A stretch of DNA of 64,000 bases from Macrostomum lignano (GCA_002269645.1 NIVC01000001.1:2046001-2110000), one strand, 5' to 3'; positions 37,501 through 49,794 are shown, numbered from the stretch's first letter. The notes: generated from the sequence alone by a model not told the origin. A program made the numbers and translations.

Positions 37501-38363
37501 ACCTATAACAATGTAAATTATAACTGAATATAAATAGCTATTAATAAACTACATTTAAAATTTAAAATGTAAAAACTTCAGACTATTAGAGGTAGATGTA
37601 GAGCAGTAAAATGAATAAATTTTGCCACTTTCAAAGCTTTGTAAGTGGTCCCTAAGATCCCTAAGATTCCCTAAGATTAAAGACCTAAGTAAGAAAATTT
37701 TTATGCTATGCGCATAGTGTGTTAGGATTTAGGATAATGATGTAAAAATAAAAAATATGCTCATAAAGTAAAATGTAAAATATACAATATTTAATATTTA
37801 AAATATAATAAAATATAACATTGTTATACATTTTAGATGCCTAGTAAATTGATTTGGGCCTTTTTATGACTATGTCTATATTGTTAGTCTGTATTTAGGG
37901 CTGACTTAAAAATTGATAGCTTTCTAACTAAAGACTAAGTCAAAAACAATATGAAGTTTGTATTGGAAAAATAGTGTGTATGTAATTACATGGACAGGTC
38001 TAGTAAAAATTAAAATTAGGATAGTTACGAATATGCATTGAAAGTGAACAACACACATTTGCGAGTATTCGCAACTGTGAGCTAATGAAATGAAAAGAAA
38101 ACAATATGAAAATCATGCATAAAATGATCATACTACTTCCCTTAAAAACAGTTAAATAATTTCCGCGCGTACCTATCACAAGCAAAATTGAAAAGAATCC
38201 AAAACTTCTGAGCTATTTTCTAAAGAAAAATTGTATTCATTTGTAAATTTCAGTAACCTTTCGATTTTTGTGCAGAACTAAAAGTTTTGTGCGAAAATAT
38301 TTGTTCGAAATGAAACCTCTCAAAAACCTCAAAACCTCCGAAACCTCTCGATGAGAATCACCC
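34523..38363. mobile_element. Mutator-like element (MULE), 3841 bp, non-autonomous
   Basis: About 230-bp terminal inverted repeats beginning GGGTGATTCTCATCGAGAGG (34523-~34750; ~38148-38363). Perfect 9-bp TSD TTCAATTTT (34514-34522; 38364-38372). No intact ORF inside. Confidence 0.82.
36440..36660 (-). pseudogene. Probable decayed Ty3/gypsy gag fragment inside the MULE
   Basis: Translations KLGEEFEAHLIALRELCQGNSC and TDIMRLPDCTLLAIAEIALREA resemble gag motifs (GE.FD..L..LREL...C; L....LTL..A..IA). Interrupted by stops and frameshifts. Confidence 0.4.
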
Positions 38364-39276
38364 TTCAATTTTAACCGACTGGTTTCGCATTTCGCGGCGG
38401 CTAACATGAAAACATTTACCATTAGGTTGTTTTTATTTAATCCACTAGGAATTGGCGGGTAAAGAACTAGATCATGGAGCTACCTTATGCTCTGTACCTA
38501 TACATTGTTCTATGCCTAGCAGCCTATATTCTATTTATTGTAATTTGTAAGTGTGGTATAATAAAATATAAATAATAATATAATGTGAATGACTGGAGTG
38601 TTAATGTCAATGATAGATATTTCTCAGGATGCGTGGCTGTACATGGGATAATTTAATCATAGGAAATTTTTGAATAAGATAGCATGTAGCAGTTTTAATT
38701 TTTTAACTTTAGACTTACTATGTCTATGAATATGATACTAGGCCTATTACATATGATATATTCATGCATGTTTTAAGGAAGATAAACTTGTCATTTTGCT
38801 ATAGTAGGCATAAATTATGGTTGCAGGAGATTTTGTTAAAAGCCTTTTTAGTCATTTTCTCTAATGGTAGAATGTAAATATGTGCATTGTGCATGATTTA
38901 AAAGTCTAATTGGATGAAGCAAATGCTTAGAATTAGAATAATTAATTAATACTTTGATAAAATAATTGGCTATTCTACAAAATTGTTGATTAAATTAAGC
39001 CTATTTCCGTTTTGTTTAAGTTATTTTTAGTACCTAAGGAAAAAGCTTACTAAATAAACATTAAAGTTTATGAACAAAAGAACAAACAACTTTGTTTTTT
39101 AAGCAATAGAAGAACAATAATCATAGCTATATGCATTCACTAGAAAGCTTGGATTTTTTACTTCAAAGGTAGCTAGAAATTCTAGGTCATAGTGGTGATA
39201 TCCTTTATACTTTCAAGCATATAAGTATAAAGCTATTTATATTTTTAGTTATATTTTAGTTATAAGCATAAATACA

Positions 39277-39399
39277 CAACCTTGGGAATTACTCAGCTGT
39301 TTCTATTGGCTGAAAGCAGTCACGTGACTACTATTCTGTCCAATAGTGACTTAAATGTATATGTTGCCAATAAAAATAGCTAGGTGAATCTCTAGGTTG
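39277..39399. mobile_element. Palindromic MITE-like element, copy 1
   Basis: CAACCTTGGG...CTAGGTTG self-inverted arms. It is the reverse complement of the 40004-40154 copy minus one internal sub-repeat. Confidence 0.65.
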
Positions 39400-39660
39400 C
39401 ACCTAAGCATGGTTATAAGTAAGCAAAAGGTATTGATATAAATTTTTATATAATTTCTTATAAATCACTATTAAACTATTATTTACATATTCTAAACTTA
39501 TGAATGATCAACTATGAAAAAATATCTATTTATTTATTTTTATTTTGGTAATCTCTAAACTTATAGTATCTAAATTTAGTGCTTAGTATATAGTTACAAT
39601 ACTTTGATATTTTGATCAAGTCTATCTATTTAAATAAAGACAATTAAACCACAAATAAAA

Positions 39661-39830
39661 GGGGTTGTTGCTTAGTGGTTAGAGCATTAGAATTAGAACT
39701 TAAAACTTAGAACTTAAAATTTTTAGTTGCATTAGAACAGTTTGTCTTTGAGCAAGACACTTAACTCTGAATTTCTTCAGTTCACCTAGCTGTAAAATGG
39801 GTGCCAGCATTTGCTGGGGTAATTAAGGGT
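39661..39830 (+). mobile_element. Decayed tRNA-derived SINE with CORE-like central domain
   Basis: A-box-like head GTTGCTTAGTGGTTAGAGC, then TTTGAGCAAGACACTTAAC...CTTCAGTTCACCTAGCTGTAAAATGGG. This resembles the CORE consensus TTGGGCAAGTCACTTAAC...CTCAGTTTCCTCATCTGTAAAATGGG. The B box is not recognisable. Confidence 0.55.
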
Positions 39831-40003
39831 AGGTGTGGCAACCCCCCCTCCCAGTCCTTGTACTAAATAGCCATATGCAGCCTTCAGATAGCTGCAGCTT
39901 CAATAACTGTGGCTGAGCTGTTGGTTGCACATCTGCCCAGTCAGGCAGGTGTAATCAACAATTATTTTTTTATAGGATTTTATTTAATTCTTAGCATGTT
40001 TGG

Positions 40004-40154
40004 GCGCAACCTAGGGATTCACCTGGCTGTTTCTATTGGCAACACACACATGTAAGTTGCTATTGGACGGAATAGTAGTGACTGCTCTTAGCCAATAGCG
40101 ACTTACATGTGTCTGTTGCCAATAGAAACAGCCAAGTGATTTCCAAGGTTGCGC
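40004..40154. mobile_element. Palindromic MITE-like element, copy 2
   Basis: GCGCAACCTAGGGATTCACCTGGCTGTTTCTATTGGCAACA ... TGTTGCCAATAGAAACAGCCAAGTGATTTCCAAGGTTGCGC, about 40-bp inverted arms. Confidence 0.7.
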
Positions 40155-40315
40155 ATGTATGATTCTTGGGTTGATGGACAGAAACATTTAGTTGTTAGTT
40201 TAGGTAAGACCATTACAATGGTCTATTTTTGACCATTTAGTTTAAATTCGAAATAGCGGTTCCTTATTGGTTAATGAAAATTCAAGCTGCGCTGCCAAGC
40301 TCAAGCGCGTGAGGA

Positions 40316-43117
40316 ATGTCAGCTGGCAATGCATCCTCTGATGAAGTGCAACAGCGCCGGCCTCTGAGCACTTTTCAACAGTCGCGACCGGCACAACAGC
40401 CGAAGCAGCAGCAGCAACAACAGAAGATCTTTCATTCTGTCATTGATCCAACATTCGGCCACCTCGACATAGCAACAACGAGTACAGCTGGTACGGCAGT
40501 CACCGCCACTCCAGTTGCCATTCCCAGTGTAGCGGCGGTGGCAACTGAGGCGGCGCCAACTACAGCGGCAGATGAGGCGGCAGACGTAGCAGCAGCCAGC
40601 CTGTCAGCTGCAGCCGAGCTGTCGCCGCCAGATTCTCAGCTTGATAGTCGATCGTTTGACAGCCTAACTGGCCAACTGGATGGCGAGGGCGACGGCGACG
40701 GGGAAGGCGAGCGAGAAGGTGGCGCGGCAGTGGATGTTGCAGAGGTTGACGGCGGAGCGCCTACGGTAAACAGTTTTCTTTCTGATTTTATCACGTGGTC
40801 ACACATTAAACTTGGGATATTGCAGGGGCTTTGGACGGCGGGGCTTGTCTGCGACTTTCATCTGCCATACACATGCTTTTTGTATTTACTTTCTCTACCA
40901 CCTGTTGATTTAGACTATCGAGGAGGTGCAGCAGGGCGGAGTTGGCGGCGGCGCCAGCTCAGACGAGGGCCTGATCAGCGGCGAGGACGACGAAGAGCCG
41001 CCAGACGGCTTCGGCGTTGACGACGGCGGCAGCGGAGTCGTTAGTCGCGGCACGTTTCGTAGAAAATTCGAGGCCAGCCTGCGGCAGAAGGCGGCTGCTG
41101 ATTCGGCTGAGCAGGACCGGCGCAGGTGCGCCAGCATGGCGGCTGCCATGGCCGCCACATCGTCGGTAGACGAAGACAATGAGGGTGGCGGCAGCGGCGG
41201 AGTCGCTCTCCGCTCCGAGGAGGTGCGGCGACGAATCGAAAGCACGGTGATCCAGACTGCCAGAGCTTCGGCTGCGCTGCCTGGAGCTGGGGAGCCGGCT
41301 CCAGCGGCTGGCGAAGTGAGTATTCACTCTTGAGGCAACAGATTTGGCAGTTCTTCCCTTAGATCTCCCCTCAGATCCCTAATCTCACCTCAGATCCATA
41401 ATTATACATCAGATTCCTAATCTCACCTCAGATCCATAATCTCACAACAGATTCCCTCAAATTCCTAATCTCATCCCAGATTCATAATCTCACACCTCAG
41501 ATCCATAATCTCGCCTCAGATCCACAATCTCGCCTCAGATCCCCAATTTCATCTCAAGATCCATAATCTCACACCTCAGATCCATAATCTTACCTCGGAT
41601 CTATAATCTCACACCTCAGATCTATAATCTCACACCTCAGATCCATAATCTCACCTCGGATCTATAATCTCACACCTCAGATCTATAATCTCACACCTCA
41701 GATCCATAATATCACCTCAGATCCATAATCTCACCTCGGATCTATAATCTCACACCTCAGATCTATAATCTCACACCTCAGATCCATAATCTCACCTCGG
41801 ATCTATAATCTCACACCTCAGATCTATAATCTCACACCTCAGATCCATAATCTCACCTCGGATCTATAATCTCACACCTCAGATCTATAATCTCACACCT
41901 CAGATCCATAATCTCACCTCGGATCTATAATCTCACACCTCAGATCTATAATCTCACACCTCAGATCCATAATATCACCTCAGATCCATAATCTCACCTC
42001 AGATCCATAATCTCACCTCAGATCCATAATCTCACACCTCAGATCCGTAATCTCACACCTCAGATCCATAATCTCACCTCAGATCCATAATCTCACCTCA
42101 GATCCATAATCTTACCTCAGATCCATAATCTCACCTCAAATCCATAATCTCACACCTCAGATCCATAATCTCACCTCAGATCCATAATCTCACACCTCAG
42201 ATCTATAATCTCACACCTCAGATCCATAATCTCACCTCAGATCCATAATCTCTCACCTCAGATCCATAATCTCACCTCAGATCCATAATCTCACACCTCA
42301 GATCCATAATCTCACCTCAGATCCATAATCTCACCTCAGATCCATAATCTCACACCTCAGATCCATAATCTCACCTCAGATCCATAATCTCACACCTCAG
42401 ATCCTTAATCTCACCTCAGATCCTTAATCTCACCTCAGATCCATAATCTCACCTCAGATCCATAATATCACCTCAGATCCATAATATCACCTCAGATCCA
42501 TAATCTCACCTCAGATCCATAATCTCACCTCAGATCCCCAATATCACCTCAGATCCATAATCTCACCTCAGATCCATAATCTCACCTCAGATCCATAATC
42601 TTACCTCAGATCCCCAATATCACCTCACATTCTCCAATCTGATCCAGATCTCGAATCTCGCCACAGATCCTCAACCTCGCCCATTTGAACCACAATCTAG
42701 ATCCAATTAACTCAGTGTAAATGCAGCCGTATTGTGCACAACATTTACAGGTAAGCAAAACGGCCAGTATTGCAAAAACTGACACAAGCACAAATTCCAA
42801 GCCAACAATTCGAAGCATGGTGAGTTATAATTATAAATATACCCATATTATTGCTAGCTGTATAATAAACTGCGCACTTCAAACTATAGTCAAACAGTTA
42901 AATGCACATAATAAAATAATTAGCACTAGGTCTTTGAGTTGTAATAATAGCGAGAGTAGTCATAATAGTAATAGTACTATAGTAATAGTAATAATATCTG
43001 TAGTAGTAGTAGCAGTAGCAGCAGCAGTAGTAGTAGTTGTTGTTGTAGTAGTAACAGTAGCAGTAGTAGTAGTGGCAGCAGCAGCAGCAGTAGTAGTAGT
43101 AGTATTGAATAGTAGTG

Positions 43118-43156
<39 letters not shown>

Positions 43157-46100
43157 TTGAATAGTAGTAGTAGTGGTAGTAGTAGTAGTAGTAGTAAGAG
43201 TAGCAGTAGTAGTAGTGGCAGTAGTAGCAGCAGTATTAGTAGCGGCAGCAGCAGCAGCAGTAGTAGTAGTAGTAACAGTAGTAGTAGCAGTGCAGTAGTA
43301 GTAGCAGTAGTAGTAGTAGATAACCCCTAGAAAGAGCTCTAAATCCGAATTCGACCGCAGTTCTCCACCGGGAGCACCGGCTCCCCCGCTCCGGCAGCGA
43401 CGGGCCCGGCCTCCGCCGCGACGCTGCCGTCTGGTCAGCCCATATCAGCCGGCTGGCGAGTGGAAGGCGGTGGCCCAAGCGGCGATCCTCGAGTGTTTCT
43501 GTTCGGCGAGCCGTCTATGAGCCTCGGCTTTCTAGCCACCGGCGCGCCCGGCTCCGAACAGCAGCAGCAGCCGCAGTCACAGCAGCCACCCAAATCTGCT
43601 CGACTGGAGATTTCCCTGCCTATCGGGCACATCCAAGAGACTAGAAAGGAGGGCATCGTTCGGCTGACTAAATTATCCGGACAGAGCGGGGGAGGCAAAC
43701 AGCAGGTGATTTGGATCGGACATTTTTAATAGTGTTCGTAGTTTAGTTCTAGTTGCTCAGGTTGTGCGTGTAGTGTGGGGTTGTCGTAGACAATGTGCAT
43801 AGGGTGCGGAGTGGGGTTGTCGTAGAGGTCCAATGACGTACCCTATGTACATTGGTTGCATAGACCCAATGTACATACAGTGCGGAGAGGGGTTGTCGTA
43901 AACAATGTACATTGGGTGCGGAGAGGGGTTGTCGTAAACAATGTACATTGGGTGCGGAGAGGGGTTGTCGTAAACAATGTACATTGGGTGCGGATAGGGG
44001 TTGTCGTAGACAATGTACATTGGGTGCGGAGTGGGGTTGTCGTAGACAATGTACATTGGGTGCAGAGAGGGGTTGTCGTAAACAACTTGCGTAGGGTACG
44101 GAGAGGGTTTATGGAATACACAATGTAAAACAGGCAATTTCACAACGATTTCCAGTCCTCGGGCAAGAAGTCTGCTCAGCAGTCGACTCAGCAGTCGCAG
44201 CTGTACCGCCTGTTGCTAACAGGACCAGACCTAGTATTCTATAAGGCAGACAAGAAAGCATCGGACAAGAAGCCGGAATTCGCTCTAAATGTTGCCGCCA
44301 CTGAGATTTCGTCTTGCGCACCGACTTCCCCCTCGCCGTCCGCTGCCTCTACCGACGCCGCCGACTCTGAAACCGACTTGCGACTCCGGTATCCGGGCAG
44401 TAGCGCCAGCCAATCAGAATCGGCGGCTTTGGACGATTCGTTAAGTCGCTATGCTCATTTGTATCCGGGCGGCGCCAGTAGCGAATACCTGCTGCACTGG
44501 GAGGACCCAAAGCAGCGCAAGGAATGGAGCGTTGCGCTTAAGTAAGATACTCTTATTTATTTCGTGAAAACGCATTTAAACTACTTAGCTAAGTAGTAGT
44601 CAGTAATTGAATAGAAAATTGCGGCCCTTATCATGTTTTAAGTTTATTTCGCTACATATCGGCTGTTGAACAAAACTGTTTGTTTATCGATAAAAGACAA
44701 GGTAATGATAAAAGTAACTGTTAGGTTTGAAGTTACATGTGCTGCGCACGGAATCGCATCTAGATACTTTGATACGAGCGAGAGTCACGCGTGAACCACT
44801 GAGTTACTCTGTCCCCTACGGCCGATATGTATCGTAGTAAACTTTAACGTAGAGTAATCTAAATAATTCAATTCTTCTACTTATAGTAGTGCACTGAAAA
44901 CATTGTTAATAATTTGGCAGATATGCCAAAGATCTGCTGATGCAGCGAATGTACGCCAAAACGGCCGGGCGGCCAATCGACTGGGGCTCCCGTCGGGTGA
45001 GCATCGCCCAACGATTGAACGACTTTTTTCGTAAGCGACCGGCGCTTAACGAACTTGTTGACCGCGGCATCGTGCGCAACGAGCCGGTGTTCGGGTCTAC
45101 CCTGCGCCTCATCTGCCAGCACGAGCGATCCGAGGTGCCCAACTTTCTGCGCCGCTGCCTGCAGGCAGTTGAATCGCACGGCTTGGACGCCGAGGGCATC
45201 TATAGGCTGGCTGGCAATGCGGCCACTGTGCAGAAACTGCGGCTCATGGTTGACCAACAGGAAGACTACGACCTCTCTGTCGGCTGGGATATTCACGTGC
45301 TTACGTCGGCTTTGAAAACTTTTCTGCGCGAATTAAAAGAGCCAGTTATACCTAGCGATACGTTTCAGGTTGGCCTCTCTATTTCTTGTCCGCCTTGTCC
45401 GCCTTCGCTTGGGTGGGATTTGTTGCTTAGGGGTTTAAAATGGTAATTACTTGTACAAATGAGTTTTTGAAATCGAAATTTCATGGTTGGGGCATGGCAT
45501 TCTGGTAGCATGTCGGACAGTGGGGATTTGATTTCGGATAGTGGGCATTTTATGTCGGACAGTGGGATTTGATTTCGGACAGTGGGATTTGATTTCGGAC
45601 AGTGGGGATTTGATTTCGGACAATGGGCATTTGATGTCGGACAGTGGGATTTGATTTCGGACAGTGGGATTTGATTTCGGGCAGTGGGATTTGATGTCGG
45701 ACAATGGGGATTTGATTTCGGACAGTGGGGATTTGATTTCGGGCAGTGGGATTTGATGTCGGACAATGGGGATTTGATTTCGGACAGTGAGGATTTGATT
45801 TCGGACAATGGGGATTTGATTTCGGACAGTGGGATTTGATGTCGGACAGTGGGGATTTGATTTAGGACAGTGGGGATTTGATTTCGGACAATGGGGATTT
45901 GATTTCGGACAGTGGGGATTTGATTTCGGGCAGTAGGGATTTGATTTCGGACAGTGGGGATTTGATGTCGGAGAATGGGGATTTGATTTCGGACAGTGGG
46001 ATTTGATGTCGGACAGTGGGGATTTGATTTAGGACAGTGGGGATTTGATTTCGGGCAGTAGGGATTTGATTTCGGACAGTGGGGATTTGATGTCGGAGAA

Positions 46101-47702
46101 TGGGGATTTGATTTCGGACAGTGGGATTTGATGTCGGACAGTGGGATTTGATTTCGGACAGTGGGATTTGATTTCGGACAGTGGGGATTTGATTTCGGAC
46201 AATGGGCATTTGATGTCGGACAGTGGGATTTGATTTCGGACAGTGGGATTTGATTTCGGGCAGTGGGATTTGATGTCGGACAATGGGGATTTGATTTCGG
46301 ACAGTGGGGATTTGATTTCGGGCAGTGGGATTTGATGTCGGACAATGGGGATTTTATTTCGGACAGTGAGGATTTGATTTCGGACAATGGGGATTTGATT
46401 TCGGACAGTGGGATTTGATGTCGGACAGTGGGGATTTGATTTAGGACAGTGGGGATTTGATTTCGGACAATGGGGATTTGATTTCGGACAGTGGGGATTT
46501 GATTTCGGGCAGTAGGGATTTGATTTCGGACAGTGGGGATTTGATGTCGGAGAATGGGGATTTGATTTCGGACAGTGGGATTTGATGTCGGACAGTGGGG
46601 ATTTGATTTCAGACAGTGGGGATTTGATTTCGGACAATGGGGATTTGATTTCGGACAGTGGGGATTTGATTTCGGACAGTGGGGATTTGATTTCGGGCAG
46701 TGGGATTTGATATCGGACAGTGAAGATTTGATGTAGGACAGTGGGGATTTGATTTCGGACAGTGGGATTTGATGTAGGACAGTAGGGATTTGATTTCAGA
46801 CAGTGGGGATTTGATTTCGGACAATGGGGATTTGATTTCGGACAGTGGGATTTGATGTAGGACAGTGGGGATTTGATTTCAGACAGTGGGGATTTGATTT
46901 CGGACAATGGGGATTTGATTTCGGACAGTGGGGATTTGATTTCGGGCAGTGGGATTTGATATCGGACAGTGAAGATTTGATGTAGGACAGTGGGGATTTG
47001 ATTTCGGACAGTGGGATTTGATGTAGGACAGTAGGGATTTGATTTCTGACAGTGGGGATTTGATGTAGGAAGCTGGGTATTTGATGTTGCATGCTGGGAT
47101 CTGATATTGGAAGCTGGGTATTTGATGTCGAATGCTGGGATCTGATATCAGAAGCTGGGTATTTGATGTCAGACGTTGGGGATCTGTTGTCGGACAGTGT
47201 GAATTTGATGACGGAGGCTGGACGTCGAATTTCGGACGCTAAGTTTTTAGACGCTAAAGTCTAGAAATTCCATGTCGATGTATTAAAGCTTGCAAATAAA
47301 CCTTTAAATTGCCTTGTTAATTCTAACAATAACCATTGGCATTAGCTTTTGCAATTTCCAATGCCCCCCCCCCTGACTCCCAACCCTCCGCAGATCATCA
47401 GCAATCATTTCAAATCGTCGGAGAAGCCCAGCGTGAAGCGTGAAGCAATTCGCCAGGCCCTGCGCAGTTTGCCGTCAACTAATTACGCCAGCCTGCGCCT
47501 GCTGTGCGAACACCTGGCCAAGGTGGTGTCCCAAAGCGACCAGAGCCAGATGAACTCGCGAAACCTGGCGCTCATGTTCGGCCCGAACCTGGTGCTGCCC
47601 GACGCTGCCGGGGCCGGCCTGTGCCCTACTAGCAACCTCATGTACCAGAACCAGGTTGTTGAGTACATCATGCTGGAGTCTAGCAAGCTGTTTGCTGACT
47701 GA
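40316..47702 (+). CDS. Rho GTPase-activating protein, ARHGAP12/15/27/9 family (PH plus RhoGAP), ~779 aa
   Basis: Exons 40316-40765, 40914-41315, 43361-43705, 44156-44541, 44921-45368 and 47394-47702, phase-compatible GT-AG joins, 2340 nt. PH segments KEGIVRLTK / LTGPDLVFYK / KEWSVALK. Pre-GAP FFRKRPALNELVDRGIV. GAP domain VFGSTL..GIYRLAG (arginine finger present)..LRELKEP..MNSRNLALMFGPNL. Confidence 0.92.
41350..42640. repeat. 19/21-bp minisatellite in RhoGAP intron 2
   Basis: Unit AGATCCATAATCTCAC(AC)CTC, about 1.3 kb. Confidence 0.95.
42960..43320. repeat. (AGT)n/(AGC)n trinucleotide tract in RhoGAP intron 2
   Basis: Imperfect GTA/GCA run of about 360 bp. Confidence 0.9.
43780..44110. repeat. 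~36-bp minisatellite in RhoGAP intron 3
   Basis: Unit GGGGTTGTCGTA(A/G)ACAATGTACATTGGGTGCGGAGA. Confidence 0.88.
45510..47220. repeat. 20-21-bp minisatellite in RhoGAP intron 5
   Basis: Unit GGACAGTGGG(G)ATTTGAT(T/G)TC, about 1.7 kb, degenerating at the 3' end. Confidence 0.95.
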
Positions 47703-48666
47703 GTCACACTGGGCTCTGTTATAGAATACATAGAAACATTACCATACAGTGGTCCCTATTGAGGTACTATACTAACCGCGGTCAATACCGCTTAACTTAC
47801 TGTTAATAAATCAAATATTAACTAGGATAGATAGTGACAAACTCTGAAGTGGTACAGCTTCATATTTCTATTGTTCTATGATTTGGCTTTTGGTAACTGT
47901 GCTCAGATTCTGTCTGGCCTGGTCTATGCTACAAAAATATTAATTATCTTTAATAATGAACTAACTAATTTATTAATTGGCAAATCAGTTAGCTTTGTCT
48001 GTTTGGCATCGATCAAATGCAACAATTCTATATACTACTGCTGTTAGTAGCCAGCCGGTTTTGAAATTTTTTGTCTCAAAATTGCTTCAAGCTTGCTTAT
48101 GTCTGCCGCTGTATTTATCCCAGTGTCCAGTTTGAGCAAAGTTCGCGTTGTTTGAAATTATTTGACTGAACGCAGAAAAATTTTGTTAAAAAAAAGATTT
48201 TTTCTATGCTATCATTAATCGCAGAGATCTTTCTTTCGGAGAGCACAGGTACAAGTATTATTATGCCGCTGTACGATATTTGATTGCATATGTCTATTGT
48301 GTGACGCTTTTCGCTTCTTTTCTGTTTCATGTCTGTTGTTATCAACTATATTCCAGAGACTGTTTATATCTGCAGTAGCTAAAATAACTAGATATGTCAC
48401 TCGTAATAAGTGCGCTAATCTACTCTTTTTTCAGTTGTAAAATTAGCGTTTTTTGCCTTTACGAGTATTTAAAGTGTTTGAAGCTGTAACAATCGCCTTT
48501 GAATTAAATCAGCATCTTCATCCTCAAAATCCTAAAAGCATCTTCAAAAACTAAAATCCAGTGCGTGTGCATAGCGAGCAACTTGAGCAAGGGAGAAAAG
48601 GGGTGGCACCCCAGTCGGGAGCCAGATCGATAAACAGTTTGGCTTTCCTCTCATCCGCTTGTGTCT

Positions 48667-48975
48667 GACTTTGACGTCTCTCCTTACTGCTCTCTCTTAT
48701 TGGCTGAGCTAGATTGGGCCTGCCACTAGGCTGAGTTTCGTCCGTTTAACTTTGACCCTCTCTCCTTACTGCTCTCTCATTGGCTGAGCTAGATTGAGCC
48801 TGCCACTAGGCTGAGTTTCGTCCGTTTAACTTTGACCCTCTCTCCTTACTGCTCTCTCATTGGCTGAGCTAGATTGGGCCTGCCACTAGGCTGAGTTTCG
48901 TCCGTTCAACTTTGACCCTCTCTCCTTACTGCTCTCTCATTGGCTGAGCTAGATTGGGCCTGCCTCCTAGGCTGA
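48667..48975. repeat. 80-bp tandem repeat, ~4 copies
   Basis: Unit contains TCCTTACTGCTCTCTCATTGGCTGAGCTAGATTGGGCCTGCCACTAGGCTGAG. Period 80 (48763, 48843, 48923). Confidence 0.92.
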
Positions 48976-49794
48976 GCTTCTTTCGTCTTGCGTTCACTTG
49001 TGTACATCGAGTTAAATGCTATTTGTTCATTCTTAACCCTAAATGCTATTGAGGCCGCAAACCCCTGAGGATGGAAAGGAAATTCTACCTGGCAATAAAT
49101 TTAAATGACACTGCGCAGACAAACTACTGAATAAAGAGTAGACGCTCTATTTTTCACAAATTTTAATTGCGAGTGACATATCTAGTTGTGCTAGTATCTG
49201 TGATTTATATCTAACCTCTCTTTATTATTATACCTGGGTCTGTTACAAATAGGTTTGTTGAATTGAAACAAAAATTAAGCTCGTTTGAAATTGTGTCAAT
49301 CATTTCGCCCTCTTAATTCTCGGTGCTGCAGCAATTTTTAGTAACTGAAAAAATATTAATTCATATCGCCCCGAAATGTTTTTGTGTATTCTATACTTCT
49401 AATGCAATTTTTATTCCAATACGGAGCGTTTTGATTGCTTCCAGAAAATAGGCGTGGGACCCTCTGTATTTTAAAAAAATATATATCACTTTACATAGAT
49501 GGATTTTGGAGCGAGGATTATTGCATGTTTATTACTGTGTTTTTATTCTATTTGCACAATAAAACATAAACCGATTATGGGTTGCCCAATATACTAAGTG
49601 TTAAATTGAAAAATCCTTTCTTGAGATTGAAATTTTTTTAACTAAATTCGTTTTCTTCCAGATTAGCATCTAAACTAATTTTTAGAATGCAATTATACTA
49701 ATTAACTTCGTCTTTTCAAAAAAATTTTATGACAATAAATGCCTCTGACATTTTAACCTAATCTAGACATTACTGGCCAACCTCAACCTTGCTA

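Noticed and set aside
40910-41327. Antisense ORFs overlapping RhoGAP, TAF5, GPCR and gag-pol exons
   Set aside because: Expected shadows of GC-rich coding sequence with few stops on the opposite strand.
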